In this document: one piece after another, positions 18,841 to 28,254 of the stretch
Position numbering within the stretch: position 1 is the stretch's first letter
Layout of the letters: every line of letters starts with the position of its first letter
Source: a virus
Lineage: Duplodnaviria > Caudoviricetes
Virus record (IMG/VR): IMGVR_UViG_3300050190_000122
Location: 1 to 50,300 of that record
DNA length: 50,300 nucleotides
Reading direction: 5' to 3' (one strand)
Translations under genes and position numbers: made by a program
Notes under the pieces: generated by a model
Databases searched by the model: none
What the model saw: only the letters and a program-made list of their open reading frames with translations
Told to the model about the DNA's origin: nothing

Positions 18841-19149
18841 TTATACTTGGGTAAGAACAAGAAGCCCTGTAGCCGCATCTAAGTCTACCGTTAAGATGCT
18901 ACCGTCCTGCATAATATACTCCGTAGGATAAGCAAAGGTCATAACCTTGCCATTATGATACCAAGTATTAAGGGGTTTGTAGTAGGTATCTGAGAAGGTG
19001 TTATGACTAATTGTAAATACTTTGATTTGACTAATAGGTACGGCAGAAACATTTAAGTCTGTCGGGAATAGGTTTGTTTGACCCCCACGCATTTTAGTTC
19101 CATCTGTTAGTTGAGCCGACCATTGAGTTGCTTGAATTGGATCTGACAT
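18841..19149 (-). CDS. Hypothetical tail-module protein
   Basis: SD AAGGAG. Lies between the tape measure and the large tail protein. Confidence 0.65.
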   Translation of the reverse strand: MSDPIQATQWSAQLTDGTKMRGGQTNLFPTDLNVSAVPISQIKVFTISHNTFSDTYYKPLNTWYHNGKVMTFAYPTEYIMQDGSILTVDLDAATGLLVLTQV

Positions 19150-19172
19150 TAAAACCACTCCTTTTATTTTTG

Positions 19173-21719
19173 TTAGCCACCTGCTCGGACGACTTGGGGT
19201 AATCGACTAAATATATTTACGACATCTGTGAAATCTTTGATGTTGTGCGCATCTATCGTTACATGAAAAATATTTGAACCGCTTGATTCTCCTGTACTGC
19301 CGTTATTACTGACAGATGCTGTTTGTGTTCCATTGCTCGTTGGCGTTATATTGGCATTTACGTTCATACCACTGGCTAGGTTCTTAATTGAATCGATTAC
19401 TTTGAATTTGTTAGCGTCGATCCCTTTGGCCATGCCTGTCATAAAGTCAGGCATCCATGATTCATAATCCGTCAGAGGTCCTTCGTCTGGAACCGAGAAA
19501 TGAAGGAAGCTCCTAATCTTATCGCCAACACCACTTACTGCCTTTGTAACCCCTCCGAGCATTCCAGTAATTCCGTTGATTAATCCTTGAATCATATCCC
19601 TACCATAACCCAACATCTTAGCAGGGAAACCTTTAATAAAATCAACAGCACCGTTTACACCATTTACTATGGTGTTCTTTAATCCTCCGATCGCGCTAGA
19701 CACTCCATTGCTCATAGAGTTGAACATGTTAGACCCTATGTTGGATAGTGTACCGGGAAGCCCCCTGAACCAGTTGAGAAGGTTATTGAATGTGTCCTTT
19801 GCTCCTTGGATTAGTGAGTTGCATGTATTAATAACTGAACTTTTTAAACCATTCCATGCTGAGATTGCTGTGTTCTTTATACCCTCCCATAAAGAGCTCA
19901 TGAAGTTCTTTAGGTCATTCCACGCATTTGTGGCGCCGCTAACAATCGAATTAGCTAAATTCACTACGGTCGTTTTTAACCAATTCCACGCCGAACTTGC
20001 CGTATTCTTAATACCTTCCCATAAAGAGGTCATAAAGTTACTTAACCCAGTGAATATCTGGCTTACGGTCGTTTGAATAGCTTGAACAGTATTAAGGAAT
20101 ATAGCTTTGATGTTTGCCCAAATATTAGTGAAGTCATTTTTAAGGTTATTAAAGATATTATTAGCATCTGATTTCAACTGGGTGAAGTTACCTGTGACTA
20201 GATCTATTATGAGAAGAAGTGCACCGAGGAATATTTGCTTGATAGCGTCCCAAACATCGCTGAAAATAATACGGACACTCTCGAATATAGCTTTAATATC
20301 GGCCATCTGCTGAGCGAACTTAGATTTGACGAAAGCGACTATGGAATTTATCACGTCAGTAAAGAGTTGCTTAATGCTGTTCCAAACTGAGGTAATTGTT
20401 GATTTTATACTAGACCAAGTATCCGAAAAGAATTGCTTTATGCTGTTCCAGACGTTTGTTGAAGTCGTTTTGATGGAATTCCAGGTATCTTGAAAGAATG
20501 TCTTTATGGCGTTGAATGTATTAATCGCTGTGGTTTTTATGCCGTCCCAAGTATTGGACAGGAATGTCTTGATTGAGTTCCATACTTCGGTTGTCTTAGC
20601 TTTTACAGTATCCCAGTTCCTATATAAAACAACGATTGCTGCAACTAATAGCCCTATTGCAATAACTACAATTCCTATAGGAGAAGTTACAAACGCCAAT
20701 ACTGCTGCAAACGCTGTTGTGGCTCCTGTTGCTATCGTTGTAGCTAAAGCCATTGCTGAAACGGCTAACGTATATATTCCAAATGCTATGGCTGCTGCTG
20801 CGATCCCTGCTCCCAAGGGTATTAGTATCTCTTTATATTTTTCAGCCCAGTTTATGACCACGCTTAATGCCGTAGAAACGTCACCAATCGCGATTTTTAT
20901 AGCGTCAAATGCTTTACCAACTGTGGCTTGAATCGCTGGCATATTGCCATTTAGCCAAGTTACTGCGCTATTAAACGCAGGTAATAACTGGGTTCCTATG
21001 CTTTGCCCTAATGTTTCCATATTTAACTGCGCTACTCTGACTTGGTTAGCAAAAGATGTACTGAGTGTTTTGCCAAAGTCGCCCTGAGCGTCCTTAGTAA
21101 CATTCATTAAGTAGTTATATCTAAGTTGCGTTTGCTCCCCTTGGCTCATTTCAGCATAAGGTTTTTTAATGCCTGTAGCTAGGGCGTAGGCTTGTAAATT
21201 TGCAACTGACATATTAATACCAATTGCCTTAAGTGGCTCTGTTTCTCCGCTGATCCCTGCCCTTAATTTTTCCCACATATCACTCGTGGATACGTTATAG
21301 AAGGAACTCATATCACCAGTTAATTGCACTAAGTTCTTGGACATACTAGCCGATGATGTTTCTGAGACTCCGCTACTTTTAAGCATTGCCCCCATAAATC
21401 CAACCCACTGAGTGGACGATGTTTTAGATATACCAGCACTCTTAGCGGTTGTCTCAGTCCACGCTTCAATCGCTTTACCACTCGTTTTAAATGTTGTTTC
21501 CACAACATTTTGGGCTTCCGTTAAATTGCTTGCGCTTTCCGCTAGTTTGTATAGGCCGAACCCTGCTCCTACAGCTACTGCTCCTGCTGCTAATACTGCT
21601 GCTCCCATTTTAGCAAAGCTAAGTCCAGTTCTTTCTGCTCTGCCGTCTATCTCATTAAGACGAGAGTTGACGTTATCATCACGAAGAAGTATTTCGCCAC
21701 TAAGGGTAAATATGTTAAT
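19173..21719 (-). CDS. Tail tape measure protein (probable ATT start)
   Basis: 11-residue W/F periodic repeats, a hydrophobic segment, LRAGISGETEPLK and FSVPDEGPL. SD AAAGGGGG lies 8 nt before ATT. Confidence 0.93.
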   Translation of the reverse strand: MNIFTLSGEILLRDDNVNSRLNEIDGRAERTGLSFAKMGAAVLAAGAVAVGAGFGLYKLAESASNLTEAQNVVETTFKTSGKAIEAWTETTAKSAGISKTSSTQWVGFMGAMLKSSGVSETSSASMSKNLVQLTGDMSSFYNVSTSDMWEKLRAGISGETEPLKAIGINMSVANLQAYALATGIKKPYAEMSQGEQTQLRYNYLMNVTKDAQGDFGKTLSTSFANQVRVAQLNMETLGQSIGTQLLPAFNSAVTWLNGNMPAIQATVGKAFDAIKIAIGDVSTALSVVINWAEKYKEILIPLGAGIAAAAIAFGIYTLAVSAMALATTIATGATTAFAAVLAFVTSPIGIVVIAIGLLVAAIVVLYRNWDTVKAKTTEVWNSIKTFLSNTWDGIKTTAINTFNAIKTFFQDTWNSIKTTSTNVWNSIKQFFSDTWSSIKSTITSVWNSIKQLFTDVINSIVAFVKSKFAQQMADIKAIFESVRIIFSDVWDAIKQIFLGALLLIIDLVTGNFTQLKSDANNIFNNLKNDFTNIWANIKAIFLNTVQAIQTTVSQIFTGLSNFMTSLWEGIKNTASSAWNWLKTTVVNLANSIVSGATNAWNDLKNFMSSLWEGIKNTAISAWNGLKSSVINTCNSLIQGAKDTFNNLLNWFRGLPGTLSNIGSNMFNSMSNGVSSAIGGLKNTIVNGVNGAVDFIKGFPAKMLGYGRDMIQGLINGITGMLGGVTKAVSGVGDKIRSFLHFSVPDEGPLTDYESWMPDFMTGMAKGIDANKFKVIDSIKNLASGMNVNANITPTSNGTQTASVSNNGSTGESSGSNIFHVTIDAHNIKDFTDVVNIFSRLPQVVRAGG

Positions 21720-21789
21720 AGCAGTTACCCCCTTTCCACAACAAAAAAAACACCCCTTATACAAAGGATGCTTTTATTAGTTAATTAAT

Positions 21790-22077
21790 TTATGACTTGT
21801 ATTTGTGTCCACACTTTAAGCAGTACATTTCAATGTTCTTACTTCCTATGGTTCCGGCTAATAGCCCTATCCCACCCGTTAGCACTCCACCTACTACAGC
21901 TTTGCCAATACTAAAACCTTTCTTCATCGGTTGGACTGAGGGAGAACCACACTTTGGGCAGTAAGCAATGCCTTGCTCATCCATTTCCGCTTTCCTATTT
22001 TTAAGGGCCGCATTTGCATTAACCTTCTTTGCCACATCTGCTTTAAATTGCTCCTTAAAACTATTAAAGAATCCCAT
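21790..22077 (-). CDS. Zn-ribbon protein with Gly-rich hydrophobic insert (moron-like)
   Basis: YCPKCGS...GGVLTGGIGLLAG...CLKCGH, with its own downstream terminator. Confidence 0.75.
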   Translation of the reverse strand: MGFFNSFKEQFKADVAKKVNANAALKNRKAEMDEQGIAYCPKCGSPSVQPMKKGFSIGKAVVGGVLTGGIGLLAGTIGSKNIEMYCLKCGHKYKS

Positions 22078-22081
22078 TTTA

Positions 22082-22393
22082 TCAACTCCTTTTTTGGTCT
22101 GCTTGCTTAATCAATTCGGCATTTTTTAGTATTTCGCCTACGTTTTCTTCCATTCGAGTGCCAAACGCTTTAGCCTTGTAATCCTCGAATGTGACAAAGT
22201 TGCCTTTGTCCATCCCTGGATACTGTAGCGCGTACTGTCTCCATACCTGGTCTTCCAAATCTTTGTTATGCGCATCTATGAGTAGCTCGGTTATATTTCT
22301 TAATCGCATCTTTGATATAGCATTAATCCCATAATGGCTATGCAAGAGATTTAGGCTCCTGGAGTATCCGATTGCATAGCTTGCTTTAAAAAA
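22082..22393 (-). CDS. C-terminal (-1 frameshift) extension of the tail assembly chaperone
   Basis: The -1 frame is open from the slippery T TTT TTA (22393-22387) into LHSHYG... The downstream ORF has no SD of its own. Confidence 0.75.
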   Translation of the reverse strand, partial: FFKASYAIGYSRSLNLLHSHYGINAISKMRLRNITELLIDAHNKDLEDQVWRQYALQYPGMDKGNFVTFEDYKAKAFGTRMEENVGEILKNAELIKQADQKRS

Positions 22394-22698
22394 GCAGTGG
22401 TCTCTGTATCTGCAAATATTGCTTTTACCGAGTTAATGGTTTTCATGGGGGATTGCTCCTTGACTTCCTCAACCGTTTTCTCTTCAAAGACTGCAACTAT
22501 CTCAAATACTTCTTCCTTGACCTTTGCAGAGTTCTTTAATACGAACTTGAATAGATTGATGCCAAGCAATTCAGCATTGACCTTCTTCTTTCCTTTGTTT
22601 TCTTCTGTAATCTTTTTACGATAGCCGTCAATATCTAATTTGTCGTATAAGACAACCACGCTAGGGAGCATATCAAAGGCCTTTTCTGTGTTAAACAT
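22351..22698 (-). CDS. Tail assembly chaperone
   Basis: Position between the major tail protein and tape measure, with a slippery site near the 3' end. Confidence 0.8.
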   Translation of the reverse strand: MFNTEKAFDMLPSVVVLYDKLDIDGYRKKITEENKGKKKVNAELLGINLFKFVLKNSAKVKEEVFEIVAVFEEKTVEEVKEQSPMKTINSVKAIFADTETTAFLKQAMQSDTPGA

Positions 22699-22814
22699 AA
22701 TGTGTACCTCTTTCTACTATTGTAATCGTATACAACCAAAAAGCAACATATTATCTTGGGAAATTTTACAATACTAGAAAAGCACCCCCGTTAAGAGGTG
22801 CCTTAGGTGTTTCC

Positions 22815-23696
22815 CTAGTTATTAGTTACTGCCATAGCAGCGAAGGTATCGAGTGCTACGCCACTAAGAGACTTAACATCACTCGCATCAAGAACCGGTT
22901 TGGTATAGGCAACTGTTACGACTTGCCCAGCTGTTGGAGGGGTAGTAGGGGTTAATAGAATAGTGTTGAGTTGGTTTACACCTCTCGTCGAAGCTGTCAC
23001 CACATCCGCTACCCCTGCTACCGTTACCGCAAAGCCTTCCAGGGGGGCCGTTACCGCTACGGTATCGTTAAGGGTTAGTAATACTTTGCCATTGTCGATG
23101 TACGGGGTACCGATCATGCTAAATAGAACTCCATCAGTAACTTTTGGGAATCGGATTTCGTAAGGGGAAACTGTTGGGGTATTCGGATCAATCGAAGCTG
23201 TGAAAGCGATAGGTAGGATATTGTCCGCGCTATCTTTGTTGGAGAATTTCAGCCCATCAGAACTTAATGCATTTTTGAGCATGATCACAACCGGCTTAGC
23301 AGATCCGCTAATGCGCCCGACCAGAGCTATATTATCAATGTAGTCGGTTAAAAGAATCTCAGTCTTTCCCGTGATAACGTCATAGTCGGTGCCCGTGGAG
23401 TCTATTACCCCCATCAATGCAATCCGTAGTGTTTCGGCAGTCACCTCAAGCATATTGACCTTCATGGTTACGTCCGTGCTAACGATCCTTGTTAAGCCCT
23501 TGACTGATCCTTTCAGGCCATCTACTTTAACGTCACGGGTCTTAACTTTGACATCAAACTCATTACCGCCAGATGTGGCGCCTAGTAGCTTCTCACCCGC
23601 TAAACCATAGTTCGTGTAAATCGCACCGGCATCAATTAATAGGTGCTGTGCTGTGGCTGGCGTATACCCGATTGTATTATCGCTTCCAACCGTCAA
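22815..23696 (-). CDS. Major tail protein with C-terminal SwmB-like Ig domain
   Basis: LLIDAGAIY..LGATSGGNEF...VDG tube domain. C-terminus LTP...AGQVVTVAYTKP...FAAMAVTNN. Confidence 0.85.
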   Translation of the reverse strand: MTVGSDNTIGYTPATAQHLLIDAGAIYTNYGLAGEKLLGATSGGNEFDVKVKTRDVKVDGLKGSVKGLTRIVSTDVTMKVNMLEVTAETLRIALMGVIDSTGTDYDVITGKTEILLTDYIDNIALVGRISGSAKPVVIMLKNALSSDGLKFSNKDSADNILPIAFTASIDPNTPTVSPYEIRFPKVTDGVLFSMIGTPYIDNGKVLLTLNDTVAVTAPLEGFAVTVAGVADVVTASTRGVNQLNTILLTPTTPPTAGQVVTVAYTKPVLDASDVKSLSGVALDTFAAMAVTNN

Positions 23697-23708
23697 ATTA
23701 ATCACTCC

Positions 23709-24095
23709 CTATTTTTTATAAACTGTTAGGACATATCGCAGTTGTCTGCGCTGGATGTGGATAATCAGGTCAGGAAGGGACAACCTATGCGGAGTATTAC
23801 GGTTTATGGAGACATACATGGCCTCGTCTCCATAATGCAGCCGGTTTAAGGCCGCATGGATCACATCTGCTATGCCTTCAATCTCTCGGATATCCGTTCC
23901 CTTGTCATCCCATATGTCCACTTCCAGCAAATTGTTATCGCTAAAACTATTGTTCGGCAAAGCACTCGGGAACTTAAGCTCGACATACGGATAATCCTTG
24001 TCTGCTTCTTCTACGTCTTCTGGGTAATGATCCGCAAAGCTGGGACAGATCGGATCGATGATGCCAGAAAGTAATTTGTATAGCTCTAACATCAA
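23709..24095 (-). CDS. Tail terminator/completion protein
   Basis: YPYV...LEVDIWD...IHAAL pattern and position. Confidence 0.75.
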   Translation of the reverse strand: MMLELYKLLSGIIDPICPSFADHYPEDVEEADKDYPYVELKFPSALPNNSFSDNNLLEVDIWDDKGTDIREIEGIADVIHAALNRLHYGDEAMYVSINRNTPHRLSLPDLIIHIQRRQLRYVLTVYKK

Positions 24096-24430
24096 GACCC
24101 CCCTAACTTGCTACGATAAAGTCTTTCGGCCACATTCACGATCTTCGGTATGCTTGCCATGGCTCCCGGCTCGAGAAACGGCTGAGCCTTGTGCCCTGAT
24201 AAACCCTTCTCAATGGTCAGGGCATAAGGAGCCGCTTCCGTTACCCCTACATAAACCCCTTCATTCCCTGGCATGACCTCATAAACCTCTGACCGTCTCA
24301 GATTTCCCGTATCAACTTTCGTTTTCGCTTGCGCTTCAGTAACGACTAAGGTGCCAACACCTTCACAAAACTCTTTCTTGCATAGTTTCATGGCCGCCAA
24401 TACCGCAGCCTTGTTGCTCCTAAACTCCAA
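24092..24430 (-). CDS. HK97 gp10-like neck protein
   Basis: VDTGNLRRS...YA..IEKG...AQPFLEP. Confidence 0.85.
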   Translation of the reverse strand: MEFRSNKAAVLAAMKLCKKEFCEGVGTLVVTEAQAKTKVDTGNLRRSEVYEVMPGNEGVYVGVTEAAPYALTIEKGLSGHKAQPFLEPGAMASIPKIVNVAERLYRSKLGGS

Positions 24431-24737
24431 GACACATCACCTCCATATACCCATCGTCCCAAGGGATGGCCTTGACCTCTAAGCTGATTTCTTTGTCATA
24501 CTTATCGGTGTATTTAAAGATGGTGCCAACCTCAACGTCCTTATCAAAGTAATCAATATAGATCCTTTTGTTCACTTCGATATTGTAGCCGTAGGTTTTC
24601 ATAAGTAGCTCTTTGGAATAGGGCTGAATGTCTACATCAATGGTTTCGACAAGAGCCAAGGCCCCCGGGATAGTTATGCCATCTACCTTTGTGCTAGGCC
24701 CCTTATTCCACACGCCTACCTTAAAGTCTGCGAGCAT
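24420..24737 (-). CDS. Head-closure/adaptor protein
   Basis: DIQPYS...YGY pattern and position. Confidence 0.65.
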   Translation of the reverse strand: MLADFKVGVWNKGPSTKVDGITIPGALALVETIDVDIQPYSKELLMKTYGYNIEVNKRIYIDYFDKDVEVGTIFKYTDKYDKEISLEVKAIPWDDGYMEVMCLGV

Positions 24738-25081
24738 CTGCTCACCCCCATCATTCGGATAAACGGGGAGGGCAGAAGATCCTTAACACTGTCAGGAAGA
24801 CCGCTCTCATAAGTTACGCTACGACTACCCTGACTGGACGATTTGATCCCCTCATTACCCTTCTTCCTGCACATCACCACCGCATACTCAATCAGCACGT
24901 CAGGATAGGCCGTGGCTACGTCCACAGGCAGAGTAACAGGATCAGTAATAGGTGCATCAGGGAAATTCATGTAGGCAGTAACCCTTGTAACTCCCTGCCT
25001 AATATAAATGTTCAGAAGATTGTCTACAGAGTTGTCTGATTCCTTGCCAAGGATCGCTTTGATATCGTCTAGTATCGGCAT
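24716..25081 (-). CDS. Head-tail connector (gp15/gp6-like)
   Basis: LDDIKAILG...GNEGIKSSSQGSRSVTY...LP. Confidence 0.85.
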   Translation of the reverse strand: MPILDDIKAILGKESDNSVDNLLNIYIRQGVTRVTAYMNFPDAPITDPVTLPVDVATAYPDVLIEYAVVMCRKKGNEGIKSSSQGSRSVTYESGLPDSVKDLLPSPFIRMMGVSRCSQTLR

Positions 25082-25116
25082 GATATCTACCTCCTAAAAA
25101 GGGAAAGAGCAAGTCT

Positions 25117-25254
25117 TTACGCCTTACTCTCTTTAGCCGGTTTTGCTTCCTTAGGTTCTTCGGATACTACTACAAAGCCCTGAGAGGTTAGTTTATCCTT
25201 TTCAGCTTCGGTTTCAACTTGTTTGTGGACATTGAGCTTCTTTAGTTCAAACAT
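25117..25254 (-). CDS. 45-aa head-associated small protein (not in the ORF track)
   Basis: MFELKKLNVHKQVETEAEKDKLTSQGF..., with SD GAGG at the end of the capsid gene. Confidence 0.65.
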   Translation of the reverse strand: MFELKKLNVHKQVETEAEKDKLTSQGFVVVSEEPKEAKPAKESKA

Positions 25255-25255
25255 C

Positions 25256-26200
25256 TTATACCTCTGTTTCTTTGATGTTCACTTTTAAAGTAGAATATTT
25301 GTTGTCCATGATGAAGAGATCGTGGTATTTACGATAGTCTAGCTTCCAAGCGTCGGCATCTTGATTTGTTTTAGGATCAAAGATCCGCATGGTATCCGTT
25401 TTACACACAGCAATAGCTGTGTTCTGTGCCATGATGATCCAGTTAATGTTCTTTGCAGCTACAGCTGGTGTGAATCCAAAGTTAGTAGAGCCATCCGCGA
25501 ATACATAAGCCGTTTTCATCAAAGCACTAGGTACTTCAATTAATGGGCACTTGTCGAGCATGGTGACCTCAAGATCAATACTTGAACCAGTTGTCATAAT
25601 TCCAGCTTGCATGCATCCCATTCCGCCGACGTGTAGCTGCTTAACAAGTTCTGTACTATTTTCTAAGATATTTTGGGTAGCGATTGATATCATTACCAGC
25701 AAAGGGGTGCCAACGCCGATTACGTCCTGTACTGCTGCGATGTCCTCTCGTATTTTAGTCAAGATATCAGCTTTAGTAGGTGTGTAACCATAGCTGATAC
25801 AATTGCCAGCCTTCGCGATTGCTAATGCCGCGATTTTAGAGATCCGATATGCATCCACTTCTGGAATAACTTTCACACGTTGAAATTCTCCCATAAGATT
25901 GCTTGCGGTAGCAACGAAGTTCGTTTCATTTACGTCTAGGGAATCCAGAGAGAACGAGGTTGCACGGTCCTGACCCATTACAAATGGCTCAAATTCTAAT
26001 GTTGCGGACCCTTTCTTGAACCCAGTATTTCTGTCATAGTCCCCTAGGCCGTCCATAGAAATTTTAGGAACCTTGACCGTTTTACCCCCCTGGTAAGATA
26101 CGAGTGAAGCATTACCCTCCATGAATCCTGTAACTGCTCCGGCTACGACTTGTTTGTCGAGCTCTTGCTGGAAGATGACTCCATATTCGAGTACATTCAT
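25256..26200 (-). CDS. Major capsid protein
   Basis: GGKTVKVPKISMDGLGDYDR...VIPEVDAYR...DYRKYHDLF. Confidence 0.9.
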   Translation of the reverse strand: MNVLEYGVIFQQELDKQVVAGAVTGFMEGNASLVSYQGGKTVKVPKISMDGLGDYDRNTGFKKGSATLEFEPFVMGQDRATSFSLDSLDVNETNFVATASNLMGEFQRVKVIPEVDAYRISKIAALAIAKAGNCISYGYTPTKADILTKIREDIAAVQDVIGVGTPLLVMISIATQNILENSTELVKQLHVGGMGCMQAGIMTTGSSIDLEVTMLDKCPLIEVPSALMKTAYVFADGSTNFGFTPAVAAKNINWIIMAQNTAIAVCKTDTMRIFDPKTNQDADAWKLDYRKYHDLFIMDNKYSTLKVNIKETEV

Positions 26201-26252
26201 CCTGTATTACCTCTTTCAATTAAAATAGTGCTTTTTCAAGGAAGCCCGAAAC

Positions 26253-26834
26253 CTATTTCATCCATTTCGCGATTTCTGCGCGGGTCTTTTCTGCGTCGGT
26301 AAGATTTGCGCCGGCCCCATTTGGCGGGATGTAGCTATTGGACTTTGCGAATTCCGTTTTGATGGTTTCATCATGCGCTGCCATAGTTTCTAAGAACTTG
26401 TCTAGGTTCTTTTGAGTTGATTCATCATCAGCACCAATAAAGAAATCTATTAAGTCGCCCGGAAGGTTCTTTTCTTGGGCTGTCTTCAAGGCTTTATTCG
26501 TGAGCGTTTCTCTAAGCCTTGCTTTTTCGGCAGCGTTAAATTTATTCTCCAGTTCCTGATACTTCAAGTCTTTAGGATCGGCTTCAGGATGCTCTTTTGT
26601 GAATCTTTCTTGATAAATTTTATCGAGATTATTGGTTTTCCAAGTATCCAACCCTTTGCTATGGTAGGTATCTAGCTTTGGCTGAAGGAGTTTTTTACCG
26701 TCCTCGGTATTCAGGAAAGCATTAGCTCTATCGGTTGTCATTGGATTTAAACCTCCGATATAGTTCTTAATTTCCTCTGTGTCTTTGTTGGTGTCAAAAT
26801 ATGTCTTTACCTCGTCGAAATTCTCAATTGCCAT
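26253..26834 (-). CDS. Capsid scaffold protein (DUF4355-like)
   Basis: Charged helical protein directly upstream of the capsid gene. Confidence 0.8.
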   Translation of the reverse strand: MAIENFDEVKTYFDTNKDTEEIKNYIGGLNPMTTDRANAFLNTEDGKKLLQPKLDTYHSKGLDTWKTNNLDKIYQERFTKEHPEADPKDLKYQELENKFNAAEKARLRETLTNKALKTAQEKNLPGDLIDFFIGADDESTQKNLDKFLETMAAHDETIKTEFAKSNSYIPPNGAGANLTDAEKTRAEIAKWMK

Positions 26835-27033
26835 TATTTAAATCCTTCTTTCGCGCCCTCTACATGCCTTTAGCCTGTAGAGTGCAATCCAATTTTTTTT
26901 TTGAGCATATAAAAAGCACTAAATTAATAGTGCATAATTATTTATGATAAGTTTGGCTGTTAGTTCATTAAAGAGTACTCATTTAACTAGGGGTCAAACT
27001 TCTCCCCAAGCACCAACTTATTATTCAAGTGAA

Positions 27034-27921
27034 TTAAACTCCTTTGTCCTTCGTCCATTCTGCGTATGTCTGATTTGGAATGACTTTGCCTGTCTCATTG
27101 TCTCGTCTTTGTGTTGCTTGCCACCCAGAATAAGGCACGTTGCATAAAACACATCTACAGCCAACGTGAACTTCGGGGGGAGTTACCTTCTCTGGATCAT
27201 CAATTCCCCATACTTTACCGTCTAATGCTGCACACTCCGCAGATGTTTTACCGTCCAGGGTTGCTAGGTACATTTGTTGTTCTACTCCTGCTGAGCGTCC
27301 TATTTCATCAATGGCCTGAGATTGCACCCTCGCATTCTCGTTAGAAACCAATCTCTGTGATTCATAAGCCGTTACCTCAAACCGTTGTCTGATCTCGCGC
27401 CCTATTTTGTCGATGGTCTTTTTCCCCTTGTAAGCATCAACTAAAGAGCTTTGAATTGAATCGATTAATCCGGCCTTGTTTTTCCAGATTCTGTCCGAGA
27501 ACATCTCACCCTTGAACTCGGTATTGACTGCAGCTTGGATGAATTCCGGCTTTATGATATTGAACTTAAGGTTAGCCTTCAAGCCCGACTCCATAACAAA
27601 AGCGTTTTTATAGTATGTCGCACTGAAGACTTCTGCGAGGAGACTTGTTACCTTTTCAACTTCACTCTTGCCCAGCTTTAACCCCGTTGCTTTTAATTTA
27701 GCGTTCATACTTGCTGTAAGCTGTTGTTGTTGAGTTGTTGTTAAGGTCATAATCCCATCTTTGGAATGGTCGATGTAGGCTTTACCAATGAGGGCGTGTA
27801 ATTCATCAAGTGCGGCTTTCTGCTCAAGGTATACACCCTTCATGGCATCTTCAGCGTACTTCTCACCCTCGACTTTGACGTCCTCGATCTTCTTTTGATA
27901 CGCTGGATCGACTTTCTTCAT
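27034..27921 (-). CDS. Minor capsid / head morphogenesis protein (SPP1 gp7, MuF)
   Basis: FSDRIW...RLVSNE...ATLDGKTSAECAALDG...PEVHVGCRC. Confidence 0.9.
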   Translation of the reverse strand: MKKVDPAYQKKIEDVKVEGEKYAEDAMKGVYLEQKAALDELHALIGKAYIDHSKDGIMTLTTTQQQQLTASMNAKLKATGLKLGKSEVEKVTSLLAEVFSATYYKNAFVMESGLKANLKFNIIKPEFIQAAVNTEFKGEMFSDRIWKNKAGLIDSIQSSLVDAYKGKKTIDKIGREIRQRFEVTAYESQRLVSNENARVQSQAIDEIGRSAGVEQQMYLATLDGKTSAECAALDGKVWGIDDPEKVTPPEVHVGCRCVLCNVPYSGWQATQRRDNETGKVIPNQTYAEWTKDKGV

Positions 27922-28238
27922 TCACTCAGCTCCTCTAAGAATGTCTTAATTGCTTCATCCGAATAGCCAAAAGCCTTGCCTAAAACCCAGTGCTCAAATT
28001 TTGTCACTGGCTCATTAGGTAGTAATTTAATTATGTCGAGCATGTATTCATCCTTGTAAACCCATAAGGTTTTCCACCCCTCGGCTAAATCCTCAATATG
28101 GGTTCTTAATCCATGTTTATCAGCAATTCCGGTCGTTTCTTTGATATACCTATCTTGAATTGCCATACACGCGCATGGTTTTCCTCTTTGAACCATCAGA
28201 CAATATAAATCAACGTTTGCTACTATAACCCCATTCAC
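27918..28238 (-). CDS. Hypothetical protein (DUF2023-like) between portal and MuF
   Basis: RGKPCA...HWVLGKAFGYS motif. Confidence 0.6.
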   Translation of the reverse strand: MNGVIVANVDLYCLMVQRGKPCACMAIQDRYIKETTGIADKHGLRTHIEDLAEGWKTLWVYKDEYMLDIIKLLPNEPVTKFEHWVLGKAFGYSDEAIKTFLEELSE

Positions 28239-28254
28239 TATTTAACCCGCCCTT

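Noticed and set aside
19860-20600. Repeated DNA blocks (e.g. 19879 and 20011, 132 nt apart)
   Set aside because: Explained by ordinary tape-measure 11-residue periodic repeats.
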